Below are positions 30,263 through 43,028 of a DNA stretch of 64,000 nucleotides, in pieces. The translations under genes were made by a program, and so were the position numbers. This stretch comes from the human T2T-CHM13v2.0 reference genome, Homo sapiens. How positions within the stretch are numbered: position 1 is the stretch's first letter; every line of letters starts with the position of its first letter. The stretch lies in NCBI RefSeq assembly GCF_009914755.1, contig NC_060930.1. One strand, 5' to 3'. The notes beneath the pieces are model-generated. The model made no database searches. It was not told the DNA's origin and saw only the letters and a program-made list of their open reading frames with translations.

Positions 30263-31819
30263 GGGAAATTTTTAAATACAATAATGTCTTATGCTGATGA
30301 GGATATGTGAAAGACACATTCATGCAACCCTTTCGGAAAGAAATTTAGCAGTATCTATCAAGAACTTGGACAATTTTCGTTATCTTTACTCTGGTAAAAT
30401 TCAGCATCTGGAAGTCAGTTTTAATGAAGTAATTCAAAATAGAAAAATAGCTTTCTGTACACAAAGGTGGTGATCTCAGATTTATTTGAAATCATGGGAA
30501 ATAATTTGAGTTTCCAATGAAATGGGAATGGTTACAAAATATTGCACATTGACTAATTGGTGCTTTGCTGATTTAAAATATTTTTCAAGACTTTACAGTA
30601 ATATGAAGAATTCTTATATTAAGGTATAAAGTTTATACATCATTATCACAACTAAAATATACTATATATAGAAAAGCCTAGAAGGAAATATTATTAAATG
30701 TAAGAATAGAAAACAGATTGGGATAAAATCCAGGAAAATATTAACATTTTTAGTTGTATTTTTGGTTTGTTTTTGTTTTCCCAGTTTTTAGTAGACCCTT
30801 TTAATGATGCCTCCTCAACTCCCTTGTGTTGAGAATATGTGACTCTGCCCGGTCTCCTCCTCCCTTCCTCACCTACCACCACTTCTAACCTCCCACTACC
30901 CGTTGCAGATTGGATCATGATGGACACCTGACTCATGGTGGACAAACTGGATCTTTTCTTCTGGGAATTAGACTTGGAAATTCAGAGAAAACAAGTCAGT
31001 TTGTATGCATGCCTTGGATTGAGAGACATGAACATTTTGGACTGGAGGTGCGGGCATCTTCTCCCACTTGCACAAAGAAAGCAGATTTTCAGGAAAATAA
31101 GACAAAAGCAGATATACAAAGAAAGAAAAAGACAAGAGTTCATGAGATCTAACAGAGGAACTGGTTAATGATGACTTTCCAGTTTCTGGTTGTAGCCTTC
31201 ATGAAGCCTGGCTTATAATATACAGTGTTATTATTATTTATTCTCAAGTCAGTTTCTGTTCCTGCAATCAAGTATTACTATATAAGATGGCTTTACTTTT
31301 GGGTGTTTTTGGAAATATCTCTAGTGAGCATGTATTACTACTAGAATATTATAGTGTACATAATGATTGATGTATTTTTAAAAAACAATAGATATTTTAT
31401 CAAGAGCTCCTGCTGACACACCATTTATAGCAAGTAAGAAGCATAGATTATTCATGGACGTAGAATTACAGTGCTTCACTGATTTTGTTTTTCTTACTTT
31501 TGGGAAATTTGATAATTTTATTTGCCTATAATATGCAGTTATTTGTTATTGTAAACAAACTTAATGTGACCAATATCAATTTTAAAATGATAAAGGGAAG
31601 AACCAATCATTAAGGTGGGTTGTGTCCAGCCTGTTCTCTGCACTTGTGCCATTGTCTAGCCTCTGTTCCCTGACTCTTGGCGAGGCCAGACAAAAATTAT
31701 ATTGCCACCATCTAACCTTTAGGAATACTCATGAATAAAAGCATTAATGACAAGGAAATTGTTCATAATGTGTTGTTTAATAAAAAAGTCACAAAACAGG
31801 ATGGACAGTACACTACTAA

Positions 31820-32158
<339 letters not shown>

Positions 32159-33038
32159 GGAAATATATCTTAATGTTAACTGTGGTATATTTGAGTTGTG
32201 GTTTTACAGATAATTTAAAATTTTCTGTTTGTACCTCTTTGTGTTTTCCAAAATTTCTGTGGTATATATAAATTTAGTTGGTAATAAAATAAAACATTTA
32301 TTTTATTTTATTTTATTGGGGGTGGGTTTTGGAGCGGGAAGTTTAATAGACAAAAAAAAAAATAAAAAGGAGAGGAAGCTGCCTCATGCTGAGAAAGGGG
32401 GTTGCCCAAGAGAGTCTCCCAAAAGTTCTATTTTTAATGAAAAAATAATTACCTTAGTCACCAAAACAGTATTGTCAGTCTTCCCTTCTTATTCCAACAG
32501 ATGTGGAAGTTTAAGAAAGAAAGAAAGAAGGATGGAAGGAGGAATAGAGTGTGGGCTGCCTGGGATGCTCTACCTGTGGGCTTCAGGCCCTCTTATTTTT
32601 CTCTAGGGGAGTGTTGATAAGGACTGGGATTTGTTCCTGGTGGAGAAAATCCAAGGCTTAGAGTAGGTAGTGGCTGAGAGGTCTAGTTTGGAAGTAAATA
32701 TTAGTTTTGAATCCTGGCTCTATCTACTCTTTTCTCTCTATGTAGACTTGGAAAATTACTTAACCCTTGCTAGTGTTGGCTTTCTCATCTGTGAAATGAT
32801 GCAGCTAGCTCAAGGGATTGTTGAGAGCACAAAATGAGATAGCATAATCAATCATTTAGCAGAGTTACTGGGTCATAATAAGTGGTTGTGGTGTTTTTTT
32901 CCCATTACTGTTAGGTGACAGACGTAAATCCTCTGTAGGTACTCTATTAATCCTCTATTTCTACTGGCTTTCATTATTTTTGTGTACGCAGACATGTCCT
33001 TCTTTCTATATCTCTAGCCATTCTAAAAGTAGATAAAT

Positions 33039-33200
33039 CAGTGCTTCTGAAACTTGAATGCCCATATGATTAGCCTGTAGACCTTATTAAAGTGCAGATT
33101 CTTTCTCTGTATGTCTGGGGTGGGATTCACGTTTTTAATTTTTAACAAGCTCTCACATGATGTAAATGTTGATGTCCAAAGATCACTTTTAGCAGCAAGG
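33039..33200. mobile_element. MER5-like hAT-Charlie
   Basis: CAGTGCTTCTGAAACTT...TTAAAGTGCAGATTC...CACTTTTAGCAGCAAGG. Confidence 0.7.
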
Positions 33201-33587
33201 ATTAGGATAGCCCAGCTCAAATCTATCATCTGTGTGAAATCATGAACAATGTCCCCAGACAGAATCGTCTTTTGTTTCTTTGGCTCTTAAAGCACATCAT
33301 TTATATTCCTAACTTAGCACTTAGCACATTCAGCCTGCTGTGATGTATACAATTCTGTTCATTTCTAACTAAATTCTTGACAGTAGACTGTGCGTTCAAC
33401 TCCTGAAAGCTGTCAGTGTCCACACAGGGATGTTGACATACTCGACCCATGATTATCAAATTATTGAACTGGATAGAAAATAATCGAATAATGTCCTAAA
33501 ATAACATTGTTTTTTGCATAAGCATTCATTTAGAAATCACCAACATCAATCAACTCAACTAGTGCAAATCATGAAAGAGAGTAGTGG

Positions 33588-34054
33588 TGTGACCCACACA
33601 ATGGATGGTTTTGGTCGCTTGGCAGGTGTTAACCCAATGACCACAACCAAGGAGGATTTACCAAGGGGATTTTTGTTACTTGCAACAAGTAAGGAGAACA
33701 CTGGGGATAGTTCCCAAAGCAGTGTGTCTCTCCAAAGGAAGATGAGAGCAGGGCTTTCATTAGGCTGGTTGGCTTAGTCATTGTATGAAAGGCAGGGTAA
33801 AGGCAGTGCAGGCACAGTCCTGATCATGCTTCTTCATATATTGCAGGTATAGAAAATGGTGAATAAGCTCCTCCCTAGGTGGGGTTTTTAAGTATGGTAA
33901 TAGGGAGAGTTCACCAAACTTCATCTCCAACTCAGGCACCTCTGGTTTTACCTGGTTTTTGTTTTGCTATAGCTGGGCTTCTTCCTGGAACCTTTTGAAA
34001 CAGCAGAAACTCAGTGTGCCACAGTTACAAGTTACTAGGGAACCCTGAGTTACA
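33588..34054 (-). mobile_element. ERV1-class solo LTR (MER67-like, tentative)
   Basis: TG...CA termini; internal ACCACAACCAAGGAGGATTT and GGGGATAGTTCCCAAAGCAGTG motifs. Confidence 0.55.
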
Positions 34055-35351
34055 ATGTGAATGATCCCAAAAGGCAAATAAATTGTGATAGCTTCCTTCT
34101 TTTAAAAATACACTATAGAAGGCAGGTGGGATGATTTACAGGGTGGGATGACAAAGCTAATCTGAGATGATATATTTTCCACAGATAATCAAGTAAATGA
34201 GCAATAATTTGCTTTTCAAATTCTGAGTCTCTTCCCTGGCTATGCTTTAAATGGGACTTCCACATGGGCCATAGCCCAAAGTTGGATCCCTTTGCACAGA
34301 GGCTAGACATTGAAGTAGTGGCCTTTGGGGTAACGCAGACTCACTTCTGTTGAGAGTAATTAGCGAAGAAAATTTGTGGGAACTGAGGAAGGTTCAGCAG
34401 AAGTCTGCCCTCTCTGGACATTTTTTGGTGGCTGGGAAGCAGGGCAATTGTCCTGCCTGACTGTGGAGTTTGTTCAGCCTTGTCATGGACATCTATTGCA
34501 TAATTCCGACTTTCCTTCTCTGGAGTAATGGACATTTCACTTCAGAAGGACTTTTAATTTTACTTAAAAAATCCAGTCAACATAATAGAAGATAAATTCA
34601 ATTTTCAGTAACATTTTACTCTGTTACCACTTATGTCCTTAGGGAAGCTTAAAGAATTTTCATCAGTACACTAAAAATTAGATAGTTGGATATGTTGCAA
34701 AACTTTCAACACTTGACTCAAAATTCCCACTATTGCTAAGACATTCTTATAAAGAAATATTTTGGGGGGAACTTAGCAACTACGGTTCTTGTGAAGTGGT
34801 CCCAGTGGGAATGAGGTTTATGCCAAACTCTTTTTTTAAAATTTGGTTTCTGCCTCTTGTGCCTGGTATCCAGTATTAGTTACAGAGTAAACAGTATTTT
34901 CCGAAGACTGACAGGGTCAGCTGTTCTGGGAATGTGGCCGTTGACCTCCCTGATGGATTACTGTCCTGCAGACTGCTTCCAAGTCAGTAGAAAGGTAAGC
35001 ATTCTTTCTGTATAAGTGCAGATTGCTTTGGAACATGTTACAATTTCAACTGATAAAACTGAAAGTACATTTTGGGCACACTGTCTCAAAGGGCACCGAG
35101 CTGTTACTTTGGGGGCAAAGTGATTTATCATGTCAACACAACCATGACAGTTAAGCTGCTGGGTTTGGGGGAGGGGTGAGCTAGGTGTTGAATCTGGTTG
35201 TATTGATTAAGTCATAAAGACCCAGAAAAACTTAAATCCGGAACTCCTTTCCAAAGTTAGAAAGACACATTGTAATTCTGCTTCTGAGTCCTTTTCCCTA
35301 AAATCCTGTCAGTTCACCTTGGTTTGTTGTCTTTACTCCTGAAATAGCAAC

Positions 35352-35352
<1 letters not shown>

Positions 35353-35382
<30 letters not shown>

Positions 35383-35408
35383 CAGAGACAGACAGACAGA
35401 CAGACAGA
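35353..35408. repeat. Compound microsatellite (TG)n(AG)n(ACAG)n
   Basis: Directly visible. Confidence 0.95.
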
Positions 35409-37344
35409 AAGTGGCTACTAGGAACTACTAGGAAGTGTATCGACCGTTGAAAGGGCCTAGAAATATATTGACTGCAAATGCAAGAGCAAAACCTGTTCAA
35501 CCAAGTACCTCTGTGGATGTAACCATGCACAAGAGAAAATAAATTGAAAGCCCCTTGAAAACGTGCTATTATATAGTAGTTGAGAAAACGGAACATGCTG
35601 GACTTGATTCTCAACTGATTTTAGCCAGTTTGTTTTACAGACTCTGAAGGTATGAATTTAGTTTTATATCCGAATTACTATTGCTATGTAGAAATTGTCA
35701 CCAATGTTAATAGCAGTAGTTTTTTAAAACCTCACATTTTACTTTTCAATAAGTTTCCAATAAAGGAATTGCATTTTTTTAAGATGGTGCACAAATTAAA
35801 AAAGCACTTTTCAAAGTTCTTACAGTTCTCACTTGATTCAAATATTTTCTAATGCTTCAAAAAACACTCTACCTCAGAAGTAATTTTAGAAAGAACATGT
35901 TTTCTCCCTTAGATGGACTAAAATGTATTTTTTATAGTCATTCAAAAAATATGGCCCAGAACCAAAATAAGGGGACAACCAGTATCAGAAGAAGTTAAAA
36001 AACTTACATTCCAGTAGAAATAGTTTATGTTTCACTGAAGAACAGTAATTACAAAGGTACAAGTTTGTTAAGCTGTCATTATCATAATTATCATCTACTG
36101 ATATTTTGGGGTTGGCTTTTTTATCTGCTTGGCAGCTTCAACTTACAAACAATATTTGTTGTATAGTGACGAATTCAACTTTAAGAAATTCCTCTATAGA
36201 CATTATCTTTTCACAAGCTCTGAGTACCCACCACAACTTTTAGAACTCAGTACTGCTTGCCTACAGAAGCCATCACGGATGCCTTAAAAAGGGTGGTGAT
36301 GGGAGGTTAAAAGTCTTCCCATAGAAGAGTTGACAGCTGCTCCTTAAGAGTTTGCAGCTGCCAAAGCTGATAAATAGATTCAGGTAAGGATGCTGAGACA
36401 ACCAGAAAGAGCTGGGAACCATTCTCTCGCTTGCCTACAGCCACCTCCCTCCCCAATGCTGTGACCACCAATTGGAACACAGCTTTCTAGAGACAAAGGC
36501 ATAAGCTCTGAACTAAGAGCAACACCAACAGATCAGAAGTTAACTGTTTGAGATCAGTGCTCAATGCTGGGTCTGAGCTACATTTGGATTAGGCCCTTGG
36601 GTACCTGAAGCATGTGCTGAGTATAGTATCCTGGTCCATCACTAAATGGGTGTGGAGATTACGTGGGCTTCTGAATTGATCAAGGGGGGAATAACGGACT
36701 CATGTTCTGGATGGGCTATGTGGAATGATAAGAAACCTTTATAAAAGCATCAATTGTCCCAGAAGATGACCCCTGTCTTAGTAAAAAGATATTTATCCTT
36801 GGAGCATGTAATGGGGAAGATTCTGGGTTGTCTATGCCATGTTTGGCAGATTGTCATTCTTTCAAAAGAAAACAGCATTTGTTTTCATTCGTGCCTTGTC
36901 TACCTTGTGAGGTTTCAGCAGTAGAGCACCTATCTGTGCTTTTTTTGTGGAGAAGGAAGTTTTTTAAATGGCAGGTGAGGGAAAATCACCACAATTAAAG
37001 TTAATTTACATTTGGATCTCTGATCCAGTAAATGAACAAGCAATTTTAATTGCTGCAAGTTCCACTTTCCCCCAGTTTTTGAATACAGGCACAAATTCAT
37101 CAGGCACTTATTTGGGAAGCAGGTGTATTGAATGCAAAGGAATGAAGTGAGGTGGCAATATCTTGAACCAAATATTATGTGCCAGCGGTCATTTGTTTCC
37201 ATTTTGAATGGAATTCTTGCTTGGTTACTGCAGTTTACATTTTAATTTCCTGTTTGGAGGGACCCTATGTGTGTAGTATATTCCTGGGAAAAATAATAAA
37301 TTTCCAGCTTAAAAAGGAATTACAAATCTTTCTTTGTCAATTTT

Positions 37345-38316
37345 TTTTAAAAAAGTAATAGCCTTCTTAATGTATAATTTATATGCTATAAAATTTATCC
37401 TTTTACGCTGTACATACACTTTGGTGATTTTTAGTATATTTTCAAAGTTGTACAAAATCATCACCAATGTCTAATTTCATAACGTTTTCATCATCCAAAA
37501 GAGTAACTCTGTTCCCGTTAGCAGTCACTCCCTGTTCTGCCTTCCCTCCTACCACTGGAAACCACAAATGATCTTTCTCATTCCATGAATTTGCCTATTC
37601 TGGACATTTTATGTAAATAAATCATGTAATAGGTGGTCTTTTGTGACTGGCTTCTTTCACTTATTGTATTTTCAAGGTTCATCCATGTTCTTGCATGTAT
37701 TAATACTTAATTCCTTTTTATTGCTGAATAGTTTTCCCTGTATGGATATACCACATCTGTTTTACCATCCATATACTGATAGATATTTGTGTTTTTTCCA
37801 CTTTTCGACAATTACAAATAATGCTGTCATGAACATTTGGGTAGAAGTTTTGTGTGGACACATGTTGTCACTTCTCTTGTGTATATACCTAGCAGTGGAA
37901 TTTTGGGGTAATATTGTAATTCTATGTATAGCATTTTGAGGAATTGCCACACTCTTGTCTAAAGTGGCTGTGCCCCTTTATGATTTCAGGAGTAATGTAA
38001 GAGGGTTTCAGTTTCCTCACATCCTTGCCAATGCTTGTTATTGTTTGTGTTTTATTTTAGCCATCCTAATAGGTGTGAAATGTTATTTCCTGGTTTTGTT
38101 TTGTGCTTCCTAATCACTATGATGTTGAACATCTTTCCATGTGCTTGTTGGCCATTTGTTTTCTTTGGAGAAATGTCTATTCAAATCCTTTGTCCATTTT
38201 TTTACATTGGGTTATTTGTCTTTTTATTGTTGAGTTGCAAGAGTTCTTTATGTATCCTGGATACAAATCTTTTATCAGATAAATAACTTGCAAATATTTG
38301 CTCTTATTTTCTATTT
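37345..38316 (-). mobile_element. L1MB-type LINE-1 3' fragment
   Basis: TTGCCTATTCTGGACATTT, TCAAGGTTCATCCATGTT, TTTGGAGAAATGTCTATTCAAATCCTTTG motifs. Confidence 0.88.
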
Positions 38317-38645
38317 CAGTGGTTTCCAACCTTTTTGCTTCCCAGAAGACAATTTTTCCACAGATGGGGCTAGGGGTGGGGGATGGTTTCTGGATGAAAC
38401 TGTGCCACCTCAGATCATCAGGCATTCGTTAGATTCTCGTAAGGAGCATGAAACCTGTATTCCTTACATGCGCAGTTCACAATAAGATTCACGCTCTGAT
38501 GAGAATCTAATGCTGCTGCTGATCTGACAGGTGGTGGAGCTCAGGTGGTAATGCTCGCTCAGCTGCCACTCACCTCCTGCTGTGCAGCCCATTTCCTAAC
38601 AGGCCACAAAGTACTGGTTCATGGCCCAGGGGTTGGCGATCCCTG
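38317..38645 (-). mobile_element. MER1B hAT-Charlie
   Basis: TIRs CAGTGGTTTCCAACC and GGTTGGCGATCCCTG; degenerate 8-bp TSD TTCTATTT and GTCTAGTT. Confidence 0.85.
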
Positions 38646-39903
38646 GTCTAGTTAATTTTTTTGCCACACTTATTAGGGTTTGGATAGTATCTTTGAAGTC
38701 ACCTTTTTCCTACATAAATGTCATGTCGACCAGGGAAAAAATGTCACACGCTTTTACTGAGAACCTGCTTGTTGCCAGACATTCTGTTAGGTTCCTTACA
38801 CACAAAATTTACCACACTTAATTTTCGTAACAACACATGTGGTTGGTATCATCCTTCTATTTAGGGGACAGGGAACTGAGACTCCGATAATTAAGTAAGT
38901 AGTTTGCTCAAAATGAGCCAACTAGAGAGTAGCAGAATCTGCAAACAAATTCAGTTGTCCCTGCTTCCTAAATCCATTTCTTTCTCCCTTAATAGTTACG
39001 TGAGTAGGATCTGTGTCTTGAACAATCAATATGGTATTCATTGTAGTATGATTTGTGTTGGATTAATATAATTTTATTCCTGTTTCCTATCAAAAGTCTT
39101 ATAAACGATTATGTATTAAGTGTCTCAAGTCTCATTCATTGGATCCATTTTCTTCCCTGCCCTCCCTCTCATTCTCTTTTCCTTCTTTGATTTTTTTCTT
39201 TCCTTCCTTTTCCTCTTGCCCTACTTTTTTTCACAGGTATTTATTTAGCCCACACTACATTGTACGTGCCTGAATAATATGATGAATAAAGCACAGTTTC
39301 ATGCTTATACTCTAGCAGGGAAGGCAAACTACAAAGAAGTTCATATGGATAAACTTAACATATAATGTGACATAATTTAATACCAAAGATGATAGGAGCT
39401 ATGAAGAAGAAAACAGCAAGTGAGTGAACAAAGAGTGATGGGTTTGCTGTTTGTGGTGGGGAAGGCCTGGATGAAGTGAGAAGGGAGCTACGTGACTATC
39501 TGCGGGGAGAGCACTCCAGGAAGACAGCTCCCAAGGAAGGAACATGTTTGTTGTGACTGACAAATGGAAAGGACACCAGAGTGGCTCAGTCTCTTTTCTG
39601 TTTGACCAGCAAGTAGATGAGAGCTAGCTTTTGCCTGGGCATAATTTCATCTAAAGAAAGCTTCTGTGCCTCAGTCGTATCTAAAATATATTCAAACGTA
39701 TCTCTGAAAAGGCATGGAAGAGAGAGCATTCACCACACAGTGCTGGTGCTGTTTACCCAGTCTCCTGCTACACCTGTAATGAAGTGATTTGTTCAGAGGA
39801 GAAGCTAAAGTGCATAGCGGCTGGAGAGGAGCTTAGGCGAGGGGCCTTGATGGCTGCTTATTAGTTGTGTAACTGTGTCTTGCTTTTTCAACTCTGAAAT
39901 GGG

Positions 39904-41033
39904 TATGTTAGTTTGATTTGGCTGTCCTACCAAATACTACAGACTGGGTGGTTTAAACAACAGAGGTTTGTTTCCTCAAAGTTCTGGAGGATTGATGACT
40001 GAAATCAAAGTGTCAGCACAGTTGGTTTCTTCCTTTTATAAATATTTGTAAATTTATTTTTTATTCAAAAAATTTTTCCACCTCTAACTTCGTTGTGAAG
40101 ACTATTTAGTACAGCAAATGTTATGGACAGTTTAAAGGATTGGGGCCAACATTAACTGACCAAGAACAACTTCCATCTAAATCATCAAAAAAATGTTTAA
40201 ATAAAAAAAGAAAAAAGTAAAAGTAAAAAAGGGGGACAACAGGAGCTTCAGGTTGAACAAGACCCTCACATTTATCTAATACATTCAATCCTAGCTAGAG
40301 TGTAACAAAATGGAAACAGGAACACTGTAATCCTAAACTTCCATTACAGCTCATTCTTTGTACACACCTGTGAAGCCCACCCTCATTTCTCTAGTGCTCC
40401 CAACTCAATTACATCCTAGTCTGTTGGGACTGCTGACTCAGGAGCATATAAAACTCTTTAATCCTATCTTTGTTGTAAGGCTGGCATGTCTGGGTATTAG
40501 CTCGCTAAACCAGGCAGCTGAGGTCTGCCAGATCGTCCATAAAATCAAACAACTGATGATATCAGTGTGACAGAGGGGCTGTTGGGATCATTCTCTTCAG
40601 ATATTCTTCATTTATTTTACAAATGCCGTCCATGCATTTGTTCAAAGATTCATAGTCAGCCTCAGTTCTGTCTTCTGGCTTTTTGGTAGGCTGTGCCAGC
40701 AAGATGGTGTGAGATCGCCCACCAAACTCTTCTCACGGTAGCTGCTGCTTACCCTGCAGCACCAGGGTTGGTTTCTTCTAAGGCTGCTCTCTTTGACTTA
40801 TAGATGGCCATCTTCTCAGTGAGTCTTCACAGGGCCTTCCCTCTGTGAGTGCCTGTGTTCTAATTTCTTCTTAGAAGGAACCACTCATAATGGATTAGGG
40901 CCCATCCTAATGCCTTCATTTAACCTTAATTACCTCTTTCAAGAACATTCTTTACATACAGTCACATTCTAGGGTATTGGGGGATGAGAACTTCAACATA
41001 TGAATTTTGGAGGCACAAATTTAGCCCATAACA
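39904..41033 (-). mobile_element. MLT1B MaLR LTR split by the ERH retrocopy and inserted into a MIR
   Basis: Halves 39904-40032 and 40767-41033 rejoin into the MLT1B consensus; perfect 5-bp TSD ATGGG at 39899-39903 and 41034-41038; MIR sequence continues on both sides. Confidence 0.9.
40033..40766 (-). pseudogene. ERHP2: Processed pseudogene of ERH (enhancer of rudimentary homolog); probably ERHP2
   Basis: Minus strand 40714 to 40409 gives [96 protein letters not shown], collinear with ERH ([34 protein letters not shown]...). Intronless; ATG destroyed; several frameshifts and an internal stop; UTRs present; AATAAA at 40060-40065; TSD GTTGGTTTCTTC at 40021-40032 and 40767-40778. The P2 numbering is from memory. 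Confidence 0.93.
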
Positions 41034-42679
41034 ATGGGGAAGATAATAATATCTACCCTCTAGAGTGATTTTAAAAGGGAATTGAAATAACATTTGGAAA
41101 GCCTTAAAGCGGTACCTAGCGCACGGTGAGTATGCCAAGGAACTGTGCTATATGAGGGTTATTATCCTGCTACTATCCAGTCGCACCTCGGTTGTGAGTT
41201 TGTTGAGGGCCAAAATCCAGGGATTGTATTTGTAAATTGTATTATTATTTTCAATTATTTTATTTAAAAAAAACTACCTGCCCCTAGGATAATCTTTATC
41301 TATTACAGGCACTCAGCACATGTTTGTGTAACTAAAACTTTTCATGCCTACCACATCTCTTCCAAATCACTACCATATTCTCATCTGCCAACCAACTCTG
41401 CATCACACACACCATTCCTTTTCCTCCTAACCGGATCCTGGATTCAGTCTTCAGGCATTAAACTCGCATGCTGAGCACGAATTGAGTTTCCTTTTGCAGC
41501 CACAGCATGATTCTTTTTTTTTTTTTTCTAGAGAGGTTTAGGAAGTTCGTTCACTTAAGATTTTAACAATTGCCTTACTTTTGACACATACCGATCTTGC
41601 ATGTTAATCAATCTTTAAGATTTTTGTTTTCCAACTTGTTAGAACAATAACCAGCATAAATAATTTCCTTTCTGGAATTTACATTTGAGTGAAAAGAGGA
41701 AGCCCCTTTTGCCCATGAATCTAATATGGTGTTTCTGAATTTATCATCCTGAAGGATAGGTTTATTGCCTACTCAGTGTTTCACTTCTGGAGTCTTCAAA
41801 CCTTCCATCATGATGCAGAATAAATTCTGGAGCAACCCTGCCTGACAACAGAGGATTGACTGCAATCGTTTGAAAGGACAGAGCTCCACAACACATTTTC
41901 TGAAATGTTTTCTTATGAAGGAAAAGCTGATAGGGAATTTGAGTTAAAGTAGACAAAACAGAACAAAACAAAACCAAAACCAAAAAACAGGTGTTAAAAG
42001 GATGTTTTAAACAGGCTGAAGTATTAAATCACCATAGAGAGCAGTCTTAGTTTACTCTGAAATCCGTTTCTATTCTTCTATTACCTTCCACATATTTTGT
42101 TTTGCTGCAAAACACAGGGAGAACTATTTACCATTAAGTTGCCCAATTAATTTTCTTTAAGGCATGTAACATTTTCTAAAGAAATCTGAAAGTACTTGTT
42201 CCACTGAAAAAAATGAGATTTATCTTCTATATCATAACTTTGCTCCCAGTGAAAAAGCCAGGATAATGAAGAACAAAATCCATTTTTGTGAAGGAAAACA
42301 CTTTTATTTCATGGTATTTTTAAACATCATTTTGTCAACTCTCCATGGAATAAAGTTGACAACACCCCTTGAATATATATTTGCATGTCTTTATAGTTTT
42401 AATTTGTTATACTTTTGCTCTTCCTCTTTAAGCAACATTTTGAAAAATCTACAAAGTAATACAAACATATCTACAGTACTAGGTTGCAAATTGGAATTTG
42501 GAAGCGCTAGATCTGCTGATTTTATTTGCTATCTGACTATCACATTTGTTCTTTTTAACTGATTTATTAGGTCTGTATTCTAGAGTATATTTTATTCTGT
42601 TGCAACAGCTATTAATGAATTCTTTGATCGTGGATTTTTGTCACATACATCTGTATTGGTTCAGGGAGCCTAACCTGTT

Positions 42680-42870
42680 GGAACATTCTGCTGAAGAGTT
42701 TGCTTTTATATCTAGGGACATTTATCATTATCTAAGGCCAGCTGCCTGACTTCTCTTCAGTGCTCTGTTTATAGGGTTTGAACATCTATAAATGGAAACA
42801 CTAGCTAACCAGAAATTATCGCTAGGGCTCTCTGATAGTGTCCTAGGCTCTCACAACTTGGAATGTCCTG
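42680..42870 (+). promoter_or_regulatory. MLIP: MLIP exon-1 proximal promoter (non-CpG-island, muscle-type motif cluster)
   Basis: Tandem GATA sites TTATCA/TTATCT 42722-42733; E-box CAGCTG 42739-42744; CTATAAATGG 42786-42795 (TATA or one-mismatch CArG); TGATAG 42833-42838; MCAT/TEAD GGAATG 42860-42865. Confidence 0.6.
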
Positions 42871-42965
42871 CAATATCTAACATGTAAGCACGTCGAATCA
42901 TTTTCTAGACAGAATCTGAACCTCTGTGTCTCTCAGTCTTTCTCTCTTTCTCATTCTCTTTCAAT

Positions 42966-43028
42966 ATGGAACTTGAAAAGCGTGAAAAAAGAAGCTTATT
43001 AAACAAGAATTTAGAGGAGAAACTGACG
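42966..43028 (+). CDS. MLIP: MLIP first coding exon (MELEKREKRSLLNKNLEEKLT); the rest of the window is intron 1
   Basis: ATG at 42966, 21 codons, donor ACG|gtaaga at 43029 (phase 0). The peptide matches the human MLIP N-terminus as I recall it (MELEKREKRSLLNKNLEEKLTVSAGGSEAKPLIF...). Confidence 0.92.

Noticed and set aside
35591-35610. GAACATGCTGGACTTGATT p53-like site
   Set aside because: The two half-sites are out of register by one base and carry mismatches.
37643-38485. Cluster of 60-98-aa ORFs
   Set aside because: Decayed L1MB and MER1B sequence.
39181-39242. Long pyrimidine tract plus CAG|GTATTT resembling a recursive splice site
   Set aside because: Weak donor, and it coincides with the antisense 3' end of an L2 element.
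40358-40570. 70-aa + strand ORF
   Set aside because: Antisense reading of the ERH pseudogene.
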